64,000 nucleotides of DNA from Eledone cirrhosa (Eukaryota): assembly GCA_964016885.1 (NCBI GenBank), contig OZ024749.1:51398001-51462000 (forward strand), given 5' to 3'. The translations under genes and the position numbers were made by a program. Below are positions 26,895 through 42,764 of the stretch, piece by piece; the first letter of the stretch is position 1, and each line of letters starts with the position of its first letter. The notes under the pieces are model-generated. The model did not search any database and was not told the DNA's origin. It was given only the letters and a program-made list of their open reading frames with translations.

Positions 26895-27200
26895 CCAACA
26901 GTCTGGAAAAGTCTTTCAATGTTGGATATAGTACTACTAATAATATTAATATAATAACAATATGGTACCCTGGAAGCGTCGAGTGGTTCAAGATTGGTGG
27001 GGTACCTAAGTTTTCCCTGGGTGGTTCTCCACCCTCACTCCATTGGAGATTTTATTGGTGTAATTATATTGTTAATTGTTTTTTGTTAATTTCTTATTTT
27101 TTTTACTCAATTTTATTTTATTGTAATCCCCCACCCCCAACTGTCCCTGTCTTTGTATTGTCCCCTATTTGTGGACCCTTGTGGCCAATAAAGAAATTAT
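26895..27200 (+). mobile_element. Non-LTR (L1/Tx1-like) 3' end; related copy on minus at ~35941-36190
   Basis: Both end in ...tttgtattgtcccc...tgtggc(c/t)AATAAAGAAA. Clade assignment is tentative. Confidence 0.45.
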
Positions 27201-27222
27201 TACTATTATTTCTATTATAATT

Positions 27223-27420
27223 AGGGCGGTGAATTGGCAGTATCGGTAGAGGGTTGGACGCCATGCTTTGACGCATAGAGTTACGGCCCTTGCCATTCTG
27301 AGTTCAAATCCCGCCGAGGTTAACTTTGCCTTTCATCCTTACGGGGTCGATAGAATAAAGTACCAGTAATGCACTGGATCATTGCTGGCCTTGTGCCAAA
27401 AGTAGAAACAATTATTTCTA
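27223..27420 (+). mobile_element. tRNA-derived SINE family 1 (Meta-domain-like core), full-length young copy
   Basis: gggcggtgaattggcagtatcggtagag (A box) ... gagttcaaatccc (B box) ... gcctttcatccttacggggtcgataaaataaagtaccag ... ggccttgtgccaaaagtagaaacaattatt. Confidence 0.85.
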
Positions 27421-27982
27421 TTATAATTATTAATGGCTTTGTCTTTCATCTTTACCGGTTCGATAAAATAATGTACCAGTGATGCACTGGGAACCGGTTT
27501 AATCTTTAATCGATGTTTCCCTTTTCACCAAAATTGTTGGCCTTGTGCCTAAATTAGAAACCAATTTTTTAACATCCGCTTTTCTATGCTAGGATATATA
27601 TGTGTATATATATCATCATCATCATCATCATCATCGTTTAACGTCCATTTTCCACGCTAGCATGGGTTAGACGTGTTGTCCCATTTGAGGCAAGTTAGGT
27701 CAGGTGACCGTATCTTACTCACTGTAAGAATGAAAGACAAAGCTAGGTAGGATTTGAACCGAGAATGTAAAGGGCCGTAACTATATGCCACAAAGCATGT
27801 TGTCTGATACTGTACTGATTCTGCCAGTTCACTACCCTTAACATGCCAACACAAGAACAAGAATGAAGGGTTCATTCTACTGACATGACTTTTTAAATGA
27901 GGCTTGTTTGCATAATTGCAAACGAATCGAATGTTATTATTAATATTCGAAAAACTCAGATTACATTTATTAGAGAGAGAGC

Positions 27983-28015
<33 letters not shown>

Positions 28016-28400
28016 GGGGAGAGAGAGAGAGAGAGAGAGAGATATTACCGCCACCATATATCTATATCTATCAATATATCATCATTTTTATGTCTACCTT
28101 TCATATATATATATATTTATATAATTTACAATATTTAAAATATTGAATTTTCTCAAGAATATTTCCAATTTAATTGATAATTCGTCTAAAATTTCTAAAA
28201 TCAGAACCGTGACCATTTTAGGCATTGGTATTCTAGCTAGTAATCAACTGTCAGAACTGTCTCGTGTATATAGCTGATGTGTTAGTGTGCATATTTATAT
28301 ATATATATATATATGTGTGTATGTATATCTCGTATATATATATATACGTAAGTATGTATGTGCCTGTGTATGTGTGTCTGTGTTTGAGTGCACGCACCTG

Positions 28401-28443
<43 letters not shown>

Positions 28444-29792
28444 ATATATATTACAAATTGAATAACGTTTGGAAATGTCCAACAGAAATTCCATTGTTCG
28501 ACTCACCGATTGATTCTACAAGATGCTAGGGAATTATCTTAGTTGTTTATTTTGTAAATAATTATCTATTACGTATAAATGTGTGCATGTGTGTTTCTGC
28601 GAGTGTGTATGTATGTGTATGTATATCTGTGTTTATGTTTGTGTGTAAGTGTGAAAGTACCAGGTGTCATTTGATGGGATATTTTGTTTAGAATTTATTT
28701 AAAAGTTAATTTTCCACTAGACTTCATTTCATCTTTTATCGTTTATTTCTTAAATTATATCTTTTAAAAAAAAAACTTTTTCAAAATTATTTTTGTGTAT
28801 ACACGCTAGATTGTCTAAATGGATCAACAGTTTGTAAATAACTATTTAGGGAAGGAGATATTTTAAAAAAATATAGATCTATGAAAATAATAAAATATCT
28901 TTTTGAAAATTCATGACAGAAATTGTTGATTAAAAGTTTAAATCGTTTGAAATGTCTCTTGTTCTAGAATCGTGTTTCCTTAGAACGTCATTCGCCATGT
29001 TTTTTCTCAAATAATGATTGCTCCCTCGTTCTCCTCATCCTTCAGTGTTGCTTCTTTTAAAAGTTAAGAATAAATAATTTTTTTGTATTTATTTATTACA
29101 TAAGTAGTTTTCTTAGTTTCCTTTCTCTTTTACCTTTCTTTTTTTTAATATTTTTAACATTTTAGAGGGGGGTTTAATATTTTTAAGAAAATATAATAAA
29201 GTATAAATATATAAATATATTTGAATTTGCAGACGACGTTTGTAAATGTCGTGTCTGGACATTTTTAAATGATCGAAATATTAATCAGTATTCCTTCCAC
29301 ATACTTTAAAACAATAATTAGTTAGAGTAATTAATTATCTAATGAGTTGATTTGCTTCAATAAAATTCCAACTACAAGCTACATTATTCATTTGTTTATA
29401 TTCACAGAAAAAAAACCTTTTTTTTGACAAGTATTTTCACAAAAGAATCATATACGTTTTTTTTTTTCCATCGATTTGAAGTTTTAAAAGTTCTGTAAAT
29501 GTTTTATAAATCGATTATCAAAGCATTGAAAACTAATCGATATTTCTACGATTATATTATCTTCATACAAAAGGTCATACCGTTAAGAATATAAAAAGAT
29601 TATCGATATTTTAGTGTTTAAAAAGAAAAAACTATTTATTGCGCTAGTAATACTTACATAGATTAGATTTTACGATCATTTCCCGACAAATGAAAGATTA
29701 AAACGGGACAAGTTATCAAGAAAGACACCATTGATGAAGAATATGAGAACGAAGAGAGATAGAAAGATGAAAAGTTTTTGTGTAAAACTTAC

Positions 29793-29876
29793 CGCTTCTG
29801 TTTCCTCAAATCTCACCGCCAGTAAAATTAGCAAAATGCTGGAAACAAAACACTTGGCTAAAGGCTTTCCGTCCAT
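29793..29876 (-). CDS. Putative first coding exon of a secreted/membrane protein (signal-peptide-like MDGKPLAKCFVSSILLILLAVRFEETEA), phase-0 donor
   Basis: ATG at 29876 and 28 codons ending GAA GCG, then a consensus donor GTAAGT (plus strand acttac 29787-29792). Basic N-region, hydrophobic core SILLILLAV, and a T-E-A end resembling a signal-peptidase site. Lies just downstream of a CpG-retaining promoter-like region. Confidence 0.6.
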
Positions 29877-29899
29877 TATAAATTTGTTTATAACTTGAT

Positions 29900-30341
29900 T
29901 AAAAAAGTACCTATCCTTTCTTCGGACTTAATATTTAACATCATCCAGAAAAGAAAAGTCTTAGCCGCAAACGTTAAGAAAGTTTCTTTTGCTAAAGCTC
30001 GAGACGTACATTAGATACACACCTCCATGTTGTCTCAAAACGGAGGCTGACACATGGTTAGACGGTGAGAGAAAATTATTCGTTCACTCCTCCGACACTC
30101 TTTAACTCCGCCCACCAACTTAGGCAACCAGCGCTTTCTAACATTTGTTTTATCATATTATTTTTATTATTATTAATATTATATTATATTATATCATATA
30201 ATATTATTTAACTAGTTTTTTTTTAAACGACATATTAATTATCAATCGATATTTCATCATCATCATTATATTATATTATATAATAATATTTAACTATTTT
30301 TTAAATGACATTAATTATTAAATATTTCAACATCATCATCA

Positions 30342-30409
<68 letters not shown>

Positions 30410-31345
30410 CATCATTTTTATTTTTTATTTATATAATAATAATTATTATCAATATTAATATTATTAAAATAATTTATCAAAATTACTTAAATTTGGTTGG
30501 CGGTGTGGGAGGGGGGGGGGGGGGTCGTTTGTTTTTATTTTTTCTTTCGTTGATTTTTTTTTGTTATGTTTTGTTTTTTATGTCTGTTTTGTTTTAAATC
30601 ACATCGACTGGTTAGATAGAAATACATACTTTAGGAAAAACTAGTTTTTCTACAGTAAATTAAGGTCATTTCTAAGTGACATGTTTTATAAAAATAAATA
30701 TATATATATATATACCATAAAACTAACGAATATAAAGTTCATTCATTATTTTATTTTATTTTTATTTTATTTTATCTTATTTTTTTCAATGTTAGTAACA
30801 GACAAGAAGGAAAAAAATACAAATTTATTTTAAAAAAATAATAAATATAAATATATATGGTGGTGCCCCAGCTATGGTCTCAACCCCCTCGGCTGGAACG
30901 CAAATAAACAAATAAATATATAAAAAAATATATATCACATATTTTATTAATTGGCAAAATTAAAATATATATATAATTATATGCGATTAAGGATGTCCCT
31001 TCTTATTTCTACATATGTATAAATAATTTTTTGTGAAAATTGTTATTATATTTTTAGATAATTTAGTTTTTTTTTTATTTATTTTATATTAAATAAAAAT
31101 TTCGAAATGAAGTTCAGTAACATATTGTTGTAGTTATTGTTATTGTCGTCGCTTATACGTAGTTTTAGCCGAGCAGCTGTCTTTTAGCAAGAAAAAAAAA
31201 ACCGGGAGATTGAGGTGGGGGGGGTTTCCGCATAGCTCCGCCCATCAATTAAATCAACGAACTTTGCAGTATCTAAGTGAGGCATATTGAAGTAGTTTTC
31301 TTGAGGTGAGTGAATCTATGGCTGAAAGTAGCTAGTGGTAACGGG
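29900..31345. promoter_or_regulatory. Divergent (head-to-head) promoter-like region
   Basis: CpG dinucleotides retained and few TEs. Identical CTCCGCCCA GC boxes (CCGCCC at 30108-30113 and 31238-31243). X-box-like GTAGCTAGTGGTAAC at 31328-31342 and half-site GGCAAC near 30123. Flanked by outward-facing exons with consensus donors. Confidence 0.5.
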
Positions 31346-31576
31346 CTGTTACTTTTACAGGACTAGTTGATTCTTGTAGGTGCCATTTTTTTTCCACTTT
31401 GCTACCCACCGGTGGTGTGCAAGTGGAAGAATTTTGATCTTTAAGTAAATTTGAAGACGGCAATTTTTACATCGAATATTTTAAGCGCGAGAAACTACAG
31501 AGAAAAATATAGCTCCCGATGTTATTAGAAAGCTTCTGAAAATGTATTATCAATCTAACAAATTAATACTTTCAGG
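31260..31576 (+). other. Putative 5' exon(s) of a plus-strand gene; possible short coding start MYYQSNKLILSG (ATG 31542)
   Basis: Follows a GC box. Ends at CAGG|GTAAGT (GT 31577-31578) followed by T-rich intron-like sequence. Internal GAG|GTGAGT donor (31306) with acceptors at 31360/31379 suggests a small 5'UTR intron. Start coordinate approximate. Confidence 0.45.
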
Positions 31577-31752
31577 GTAAGTTTCTTTTTTTATTTTTAT
31601 ACTTTGAAAAAAACATAGTTAATTTTTTTTTTTTTATATATATATATATGTATTTATATATATATGTATTTATATATGTATCTTCTTTTCAAGAATTTCG
31701 CGTTATAATTCTTTTTATCGGCTTGTCCATCAGATTTTTGTTTCTATCATCG

Positions 31753-31952
31753 NNNNNNNNNNNNNNNNNNNNNNNNNNNNNNNNNNNNNNNNNNNNNNNN
31801 NNNNNNNNNNNNNNNNNNNNNNNNNNNNNNNNNNNNNNNNNNNNNNNNNNNNNNNNNNNNNNNNNNNNNNNNNNNNNNNNNNNNNNNNNNNNNNNNNNNN
31901 NNNNNNNNNNNNNNNNNNNNNNNNNNNNNNNNNNNNNNNNNNNNNNNNNNNN
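31753..31952. other. Assembly gap (200 N)
   Basis: Run of n; contiguity of the two halves of the window is not guaranteed. Confidence 1.
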
Positions 31953-33204
31953 GAAAAGCAGAAGAACTGCGAAACCGGTAAAGGAACCAAATAAATATAT
32001 ATTTTAAAAATAAGACTCCAGTTGCATTTTCGATTTCATCTTTTTTTCTTTATATATATTTATATATTATGTGTGCATCCCAATGCAAATGATCATAATA
32101 ATAGTTGAGAAAAATCAGGTAAAATACACCACCACCGCCCACCACCCTTCTGGAGCAGAAAAATGTGGACGTGGGTAACTGCAAGGAATTGAAGCCCCCA
32201 CATCTCTTGGGTACCAGAAGAGGGCGTTAACCACTTGACAAAGTTCTGTATCTTTCCCTATAATCCCCACCCCGCATCCATCTCCACCCAACCCCACCGA
32301 CACCCTAGCTTTCATTTCCTCTTCCAACTGAGAGATATAACAGACAGAGAGGGAAGGGAGAAAGGAAGGAAGGAAGCAGCCTTAGAATGGAAGAGAGGGG
32401 GGGGGGAGCGAAATGAAAGAAGGAAGGAAGGAAGCAGCCCAAGGATGGAAGAGACAGGAATAGTGGAAGGGTGGTGGGAGTAAGAGAGGAAGGAAGCAGT
32501 CTTAGAAATGGAAGAGAGTTAGAGAGGGGGGGTGAAGGAATAAGCCCAAGGATGGAAGAATGGAAATTAAACTTGACCTTCCTGGGAATTGAACTCATAA
32601 CATAAAGAAAATATGTTGAAAACGGCCGGAGCTCAGCCGTCGGGGTCCTGAATCTTTTCATATATATATATACACCGTCCTAACCCATGCTAGATTTGAA
32701 AATGGACGTTAAACGATGATGATGATGATGACACACACACAATTGAACATCACACACAATCACATCCACATACACTCATAAAGAAGCACACAATCACACA
32801 ATCACACACCTACACATACAGTAACCAAAAACGGACACACACTCGCAACACACACTCTCTCTCATTCTCACACACACACACACACGCAAACTCACACACA
32901 TGTACATACACACGAACACACACATGTACATACACATGCTCATACACACACACACGCAAGCTCACTCACCTACACTCACACCCACACATGTGGACTTACA
33001 CACGCACCCACTCACATATACACACATGTACTCAGGCACAGACACCTACACACACTCACGTTCATGTTCTCACACACCTACAAACGCATACACACACACA
33101 CACATGCACACATATTCATGCATTCACACACACCTTACACATACACACACACCTTTATATTGGAGCACACAGTCCTCCATTTACTGTAGGAATGTAAAGA
33201 TATT

Positions 33205-35155
<1,951 letters not shown>

Positions 35156-35314
35156 GGAGTAGTATGTGGGATAGCTTGATAGGTAGCCCTTCTAAACCCG
35201 TGTGACCTATCTACCTGGGAATTTATTCAGATCCCTTATTCTGTTCTGATATACTATACCTGTAAAACATCTCTCTCTCTCCCCCTCTCTCTCCCTCTCT
35301 CTCTCTCTCACCCT

Positions 35315-35386
<72 letters not shown>

Positions 35387-35537
35387 TCATTTCACAGTTC
35401 AATGATAAATGAACAGGGTGGGAGTTAGGGGTGGTTTGGTGGTGTAGGGAAGGAGCTGACTGCAAAAAATTGCTCCAGTATTTGTATTTCATATGATAAC
35501 TGATGCTTGATAAAATATATATATATATATATATAAA

Positions 35538-35742
35538 TAGGAACGAGTAGGACCCCGACGGCTGAGCTCAAGCCATTCGATGGCTAATTCTGGACCAAAA
35601 TTTTGTCCAGAAATAGCCGTCGAAACGGCTTGAGCTCAGCCGTCGGGGTCCTACTCGTTCCTATTACCCACTCTACTACCCTAAGTATTGAGTACTTTGG
35701 TACGTTATGGTCCATCTGGTTCCTTACCACATTTCCTTTGTT
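35538..35742 (+). mobile_element. Fold-back hairpin element family A, copy 3
   Basis: Near-identical copy inside (TA)n; loop ctggaccaaaattttgtccag. Confidence 0.75.
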
Positions 35743-35910
35743 ATATATATATATATATATATATATAACCATCATCTATATATATATATGTGTGTGTTTG
35801 TGTGTGTGTGTGTGTGTATATATATATGTATATATATATAGAGAGAGAGATATTATATCATCATCATCATATATATATATATAACCATCATCTATATATA
35901 TATGTGTGTG

Positions 35911-35942
<32 letters not shown>

Positions 35943-36375
35943 TCTTTATTAGCCACAGGGGCACAAAAGAAGGGGACAAATACAAAGGGGGGGAGTTTTA
36001 CATACAATAAAAACGTGTAAAATGTTATCACAGATGGAATTTAAAAGTTAGTCGATTTTTCCCCAATAGAGGGAGACAGTTTATATGGGTAACACATACC
36101 CCCGAAAAAAAATGTGCAACCCTCATCTCCAGGAGTACGAAGAGCTTGTACTCCTTTCCTCTCCTCCTCCTTTTCCTCAACATACAGGCTGAGAGAGAGA
36201 GAGATATTATATCATCATCATATATATTATAGATAGATATATACGCATAGATATTACATATATATAGAGATAGATTTATATATATATACGCATAGATATT
36301 ACATATATATATTTATTGGCAGCATAACCCTCCCAATGTATAACAATATATATATATATGTGTGTGTGTGTGTGT

Positions 36376-36800
36376 TATTGTTGGCAGGTGTGAGAATGAG
36401 CACTCAATACTGATGTAAAATTTTAAATATTCATTTTATACTGATTAAAAGAGGTGAGCCTTGTTACTGTGGAGTTTCACCTACTTACTCACAGACATGA
36501 CTGATGATCTTGTGAGTATGGTGAAACTCCAGAGTAACAAAGCTCATCACTTAGCCATAATATATGTGTGTGTATGGAAAAATATATGCATTCAGGTGGT
36601 TGTAGTGGTGGGAAAACTTTAGTTGCACACTTTACAACCTGGTTACTGACACAGTTTCAAAATGGCTGACTAAATCCAAAACTTTCTTATTCTCATCTGT
36701 CCTCATTCTATCTTCTGATGAAGGATCAACATCTGAAACATTAAAACTCTTTTTCTACTGTATCAAGCATTAAAACTAATATATATCATATTTATATTGT
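36376..36800. mobile_element. Cluster of three HHR-motif elements between microsatellites
   Basis: (1) Inverted repeat 36455-36548 with GAAACTC-ca-GAGTA and CTGATGA in the loop, plus gtattgagtgc on minus. (2) GAAACtgtGTC on minus at ~36648-36658. (3) CTGATGA...GAAAC at 36715-36739. Confidence 0.5.
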
Positions 36801-36801
36801 G

Positions 36802-36849
<48 letters not shown>

Positions 36850-37845
36850 ATATGAGTATGTGTATGCACTTGTATTGTATATATGTTTTATATATAATAT
36901 ACATATATACATATATTTCTAAATGCCTATATATATATTAATATATATATATATATATAGGCATTTAGAAATATATGTATTATATGTATATATATGTATG
37001 TATATTATAATATAACATATATACATATATTTCTAAATGCATATATATATACATATACATATATTTCTAAATGCCTTATATATATTATCGTTCAAGGAAA
37101 TGACAAAACAGAAGTACAAAATTATTAGTTTCACGCTTTATATGGAAAAGGGGAAAGAAAGTTCAACATATGTATGTGTATATATCTATCTATATATATC
37201 TATCTATATATATATTCATATATATTTATCTATAATATATATATTATATATTATATATATATATGAAAATAATAGGCTGCCCGTTGCAAATGGTGGGGCA
37301 TGTGAAAAAGTAGGTCCTTCATCAGTGACCCTCCAACCCGTCCCAGGCATTTCATCGCTTTAAGGGCCATATGCCTCAGGTTGGTGCGAACAACGGCTAA
37401 AAAAAGTCGTTGGGACACGTAAACAAAGGGGACGCCAGGGTTAGTATACGTGTGTGTGTGTTGGATTAATAACCTCTCACCATAACAAATAAGAAAGATG
37501 TATTAAAGACCAACATACATAAACTATAACCCACAAACTTCCTAACAGACAACTTGATGTATTAGATGCCATAATGAGAGATACAAAATATATGTTTTAC
37601 CACACAAGCAGCAGCTGGGACGACATGAAACCACTGGTAGTTTACTTCGCTGGTTGTATTACTAAATTCAACACTGATTCAATATAGATAGGCTGAAGTA
37701 GGATGGGTTTTTATCTAACTGACAAGCCCTACAAGCTATTGTATATCTTCTCAAAAAAAAAAATCTATTTCTTTAAAGGGGACCTATAAGATAGTTTACT
37801 TATATATATGTGTGTGTGTGTTGTTGTTGTTGTTGTTGTTGTTAT

Positions 37846-38032
37846 TGGATTGGCAGTATCAGTAGAGAGTCGGACGCCATGCTTTGCAGCAAAGAGTTAT
37901 GGCCCTTTATGGTCTGAGTTCAAATCCTGCCAAGGTTAACTTTGCCTTTCATCCTTATGGGGTCAATGAAATAAAGTACCAGTAATACACCGGGATAATT
38001 CCTGGCCTTGTGCCAAATGTAGAAACAATTAT
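37846..38032 (+). mobile_element. SINE family 1 copy
   Basis: A/B boxes, core and (att)n tail. Confidence 0.8.
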
Positions 38033-39039
38033 TATTACTATTATTATTATTATTTATCTAATTTATGTATGTATTATTTATTTGTGAACAATAGCATCAT
38101 TGGTTACAGGTTTAATGGTTCACTGCATTTCTGGCAGTTAAAGGGAGCAGGGAGTGTCTGTAACTTGATGCAGAACAAATATGTTAAAGCATTCCACCCA
38201 TAAACCACTAGTTTTTGTTGTTGTTGTTTTCATTTCTTATCATTGTGTATGTTCTTCAATGGAATTTTGATACATTAGCAATATAGAAAAATGTTTAAAT
38301 TAAATTATTTTTAAAAATACATGTTTACCTCGGATTACGTTGTTTTGAGTTTCGTCATTTTCAATGTTACAGTGGTTTTTCTTAATTTCATATGGCAAAA
38401 ATAAACCTTCTGTTATGTCAATTGATTCAACTTTATGTCGGTCTGCCAAAAATATCAAACCATAAAAAAAATCATTTAAAAAAACAATATAAACTTATAA
38501 AATCATACTTAACCCTTTAGCATTTAAACTGGCAATATCCGGCCAGAATTCTCTCACCTCTTTCTGTAACTTTCTGTTCAAACTGGCTGTAACTGGCCAC
38601 TCATACTGATATTAAGGTATTGTTCTCAAAATAAATAACAGAAATCTCATAGATTCGATATTATGTAAGATAATTATGTGAGATAAAGCTTTTACAGAAA
38701 GGGCCGTAACTCTATGCGTCAAAGCATGGCATTTGACCCTTTACTAATACTGCCAATGTAGGGAATACTTATTAGTGGTTTATAGGGAGAGGGGGGATAA
38801 TTTGACTTAGGTCTTGACCTCTGGAACCAATCAACTGTATAGGGTGAAGTATATCTGTATACAAAAGTCACTTGAAAAGTTCATAGGCTGACCAAAATAC
38901 TCTCATGGAATGACCAAATGAGGTTTATTTTTCAACATAGTCCCTGAGAAAAAAAACTTCTGTTCCTTCCTTCTGTTCCTTCACTGATCCCAATTAAATA
39001 TACTTGTTAACAATGGAATTTAAAGAAAGAGAAAATACA

Positions 39040-39300
39040 GTGAGAGAGACTGTGTATGAAAGACAGATAGATATCAGCAAGTAACACCTGAAGTTTATTG
39101 CCAACCGTTGTGGCTAGCTTGTATGTATGTTACTTGAGACACCGTTTGTCAACCAAGACGTTATATGTTCAGAAAAATTGTTCGTGAAGTGATTTGTTTG
39201 TGATGAGAGCTGTTCGTGAACCAAAATGTTCGTGAACCAAAATGTTCGTGAACCAAAATGTTCGTGAACTAATGTTTTTGTGAACCGAGGTTCGACTGTA
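39040..39300. mobile_element. Tigger/pogo-like MITE end with internal 16-bp repeats
   Basis: (gttcgtgaaccaaaat)x3-4 ending gaaccgaggttcgactg-TA. Confidence 0.5.
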
Positions 39301-39940
39301 TTTTAGTTTTCAGGCTAAAAACTGCTGATTCCAGTGACAAGAATGAAGAAAGCAAGACATCTAAATACCATCTGTTCTAACAGCTTTTACTGTCTAAGAT
39401 ATGCTTGCCTGGAAAACAGCTGCATAATAGTGTGTGTGTATATATATATATGTGTGTGTGTGTGGGTGTATATATATATATGTTTGTGTGTGTGTATGTA
39501 TGTATATATATATATATATGTTTATGTGTGAGTGTATATATATATATATATATGTTTGTGTGTGTATATATATATATGTTTGTGTGTGTATATATATATA
39601 TGTTTGTGTGTGAGTGTATATATATATATATATATATGTTTGTGTGTGTGTGTATATATATATATATATGTTTGTGTGTGTATATATATGACTGTTCTTT
39701 TAACTTATAATTGTATACACACACACACACACACCCATACGTACAGACACCCACAGACATACTTACCTGTATATAGATATGTATGTGGATGTGTGTTTGT
39801 GTGAGCGTTTGCATTAGTGTGTGTGTGCATGTGTGTTTGCTGTGTGTTGGTATGTGCATGTGTATCTGTGTGTGTGCATGTGTGTAGGTGGATATGTGTA
39901 TGTACATGTGTGTATGTGAGCATGTATGTGAGCATGCATG

Positions 39941-39979
<39 letters not shown>

Positions 39980-42407
39980 ATTATAGTTCTGAGATTTCAT
40001 CTCTTTCACAAATGTGTTTTCCAAGACTGTCACTGGGTCTGTAAATAATTGCTGAAGTACATACAAAATACAGTATTTATAGCTAACAATATATGTGTGA
40101 CTGTGTGTGTGTTTAAGACACTGTCTCTTTTTATGAGGTACATGCTAGTATTGTGCCTGTGGACGCCATGTGGCTATATTGTTAAGAATTTCCCTTCCAA
40201 ATCCTGAAGTCTCAGGTTTGATCCCACTGTATGGTGTCATACAAAATTCAGTATATATAGCTAAGAATATGTGTGGCTGTGTGTGTATTTATGATGCTGT
40301 CTCTTTTTTATAAGGTACATGCTTGTAAATGTATGTGCTTGAGCATAGGATCGGATTTAGGTTTTGTGGGGCCCAGGGCACTCCAGGTTTTTTGGTGGGG
40401 AGTTCCTCATACACAAAAAATTAGAATACATGGCAAACCCCCCAATTTTAGATATCTAAGTTAGCTTGGTGCAAGTAATTGGAATTGAAAAGTTATACAT
40501 ACAGGTATTAAATTCAAAAATTCTAACCATCCTAAAACTAAAAAGCCGAGCTGAGGGCACAAATAAATTGCTATGGCCATCGCTGGTAGGGCCCCCCACT
40601 GCAGGGGGCCCAGGGCATGTGGATGCAGTATGGCTATATCGTTCAGAATTTCATTTCATAATCATTAGGTCCTAAGTTTGTTATGTCCAAATTCTTCATT
40701 GATTAATTTGAATACGGTGTATTTTATGAGAAATAAGGAAATGAAAGGGTTAGGAGGTATCTTGTCTGCAACCACCGTCTGGGATCCTGATACCTGGTGC
40801 AAACATTTAGACTAGGGCTCCTGTCTGGGAGTACTTCCTTTCTATTCCTACCACAAATCTTTGAATCCCTGAAAAATTCGACAAAATTACTGCCTTTCTT
40901 CTTCTGACAACCATGAAAAGAAAAACACGTCTACCCCCTTTTATTCAAAAGAATAATACTTGCATTAATATATTTCTTAAGTATAAAAAAGTATAAAAAT
41001 AATTTTAATAAAAATATTATAATATTTCAAGGGATGTAACTCTAATATGAATAGCAAAGAGTTATGTTTCTTAGTTTTGAGTACATAACACTTATTCCAT
41101 ATTTTTAGGATAGTAAATACCTTGTGTTGTTGTTGATTTTTTTACATATAACTTAGCTAAGGAAAGAGGTGCCCATGATATTTTAAAGGGCTTCCTACAC
41201 TTGTGGTTTGAAGGAAAGACGTTAACCTCAGACTAGACAACCTGGTCTAAATTTTTGCAACGTAATGGACTCTGCTAAGGGCCTAGTGATGATATAAACA
41301 GAAACAAAGTGTCAAACTAAATAAAGTAGATTCTCCTATTTTAAGTTCTATAATGATCTGGCACACGGAAAAGCCAAACTCCCTTTGTCATCATCTCCAT
41401 CTCTCTCACCCTCCTCATCTCTCTGTATTATGGGTAGATGGGGTCCCATGTGCTGGCCGCACAACTGCCCCTGCGGACAGAATGGAGAAGGCGTTTTCCC
41501 GGAGGATGGTAAATGAAATGCACTGGAAGAGCCATTCCATCTAGTGAGGCTCACACCTGCGGCTGGCCAGCTCAGTGCCTATGGTTGTAAGTAAGGAGGT
41601 AACCCTAGGGCTAAGGATACCAGAAATCTCCACTGTTAATGACCGCAAACCTGTCAGAGAATAACTGGTACTTGGAGATGATGATGAGGATGATATTAAA
41701 CCTGATTCTGGATTAAGAGTAAGACAAGGGAATGGTGGTCCCTATGATGGGTTTACACTCACAGGTTTTACTTATACTGAATTTCATTTACAATATATAG
41801 GAAAAGTGAACCAAGGACAATGCCCCAGCATGGCCTCAACTGGAACTGGTAAAAGAGTATAAATAATGTTGATGATGATGATGATATATTCCATACCCCA
41901 AAGTAGCAAAACAACATTAATTACACAAACTGGAATACAAACATGTTTTATTTCTAATTAACACACTTGCACTTAAATATACACACTTAAGGGCCCCTCA
42001 CAGAATCAAAAACACCTCTCATGTATATGTACACACATACACATATACACATGCACATATATTTAAGCATAAACTGCTACACACACCCTCATGTATAGAC
42101 ACACATATGCACACACACTTAACACCTACACATATTTAAATATAAGCAGTTAAACATGCCACATATGTGCACATAAACACACATGTACATATATTTAAAT
42201 ATATACACTTAAACACCCTTTATGTATAGACACAAACACCCACCCACACACATTGAACTTAACATACATATATTTAAACATACACACACAAACATAACAT
42301 ACAAATACACACTTAACATACACATTTAAACATACACACTTAACATACACATTTAAACATACACACACACACTTAATAAACACACATTTAAACATACACA
42401 CTTAAAC

Positions 42408-42595
42408 ATAACTGTTTCTACTTTTGGCACAAGGCCAGCAATTACCCCAGTGCATTACTGGTACTTTATTTTATCGACCCAGTAAGGATGAAAGGCAAAG
42501 CTAACCTTGGCAGGATTTGAACTCAGAACATAAAGGGCCATAACACTATGCTGAAAAGCATGGTTTCCGACGCTCTACCAATTCTGCCAATCTAC
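42408..42595 (-). mobile_element. SINE family 1 copy
   Basis: Reverse complement of the consensus. Confidence 0.8.
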
Positions 42596-42764
42596 ACTTA
42601 AACATAATAATGATGATGCTAGATATTACATAGGTAGATAAAGATGATGATGATGACAGAGAAAATGATGACAATGATAAGGCTGATAACTATGTTGGTA
42701 TAGAGAAGTAGTGCCCATAGCCCTTATTGACCCCTACTCCTCCTACCCTACCCACACACTCCCT

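Noticed and set aside
39314-39430. tttcag acceptor as exon 2 of the plus-strand gene
   Set aside because: In-frame stop after ~22 codons in the expected phase and no clear donor.
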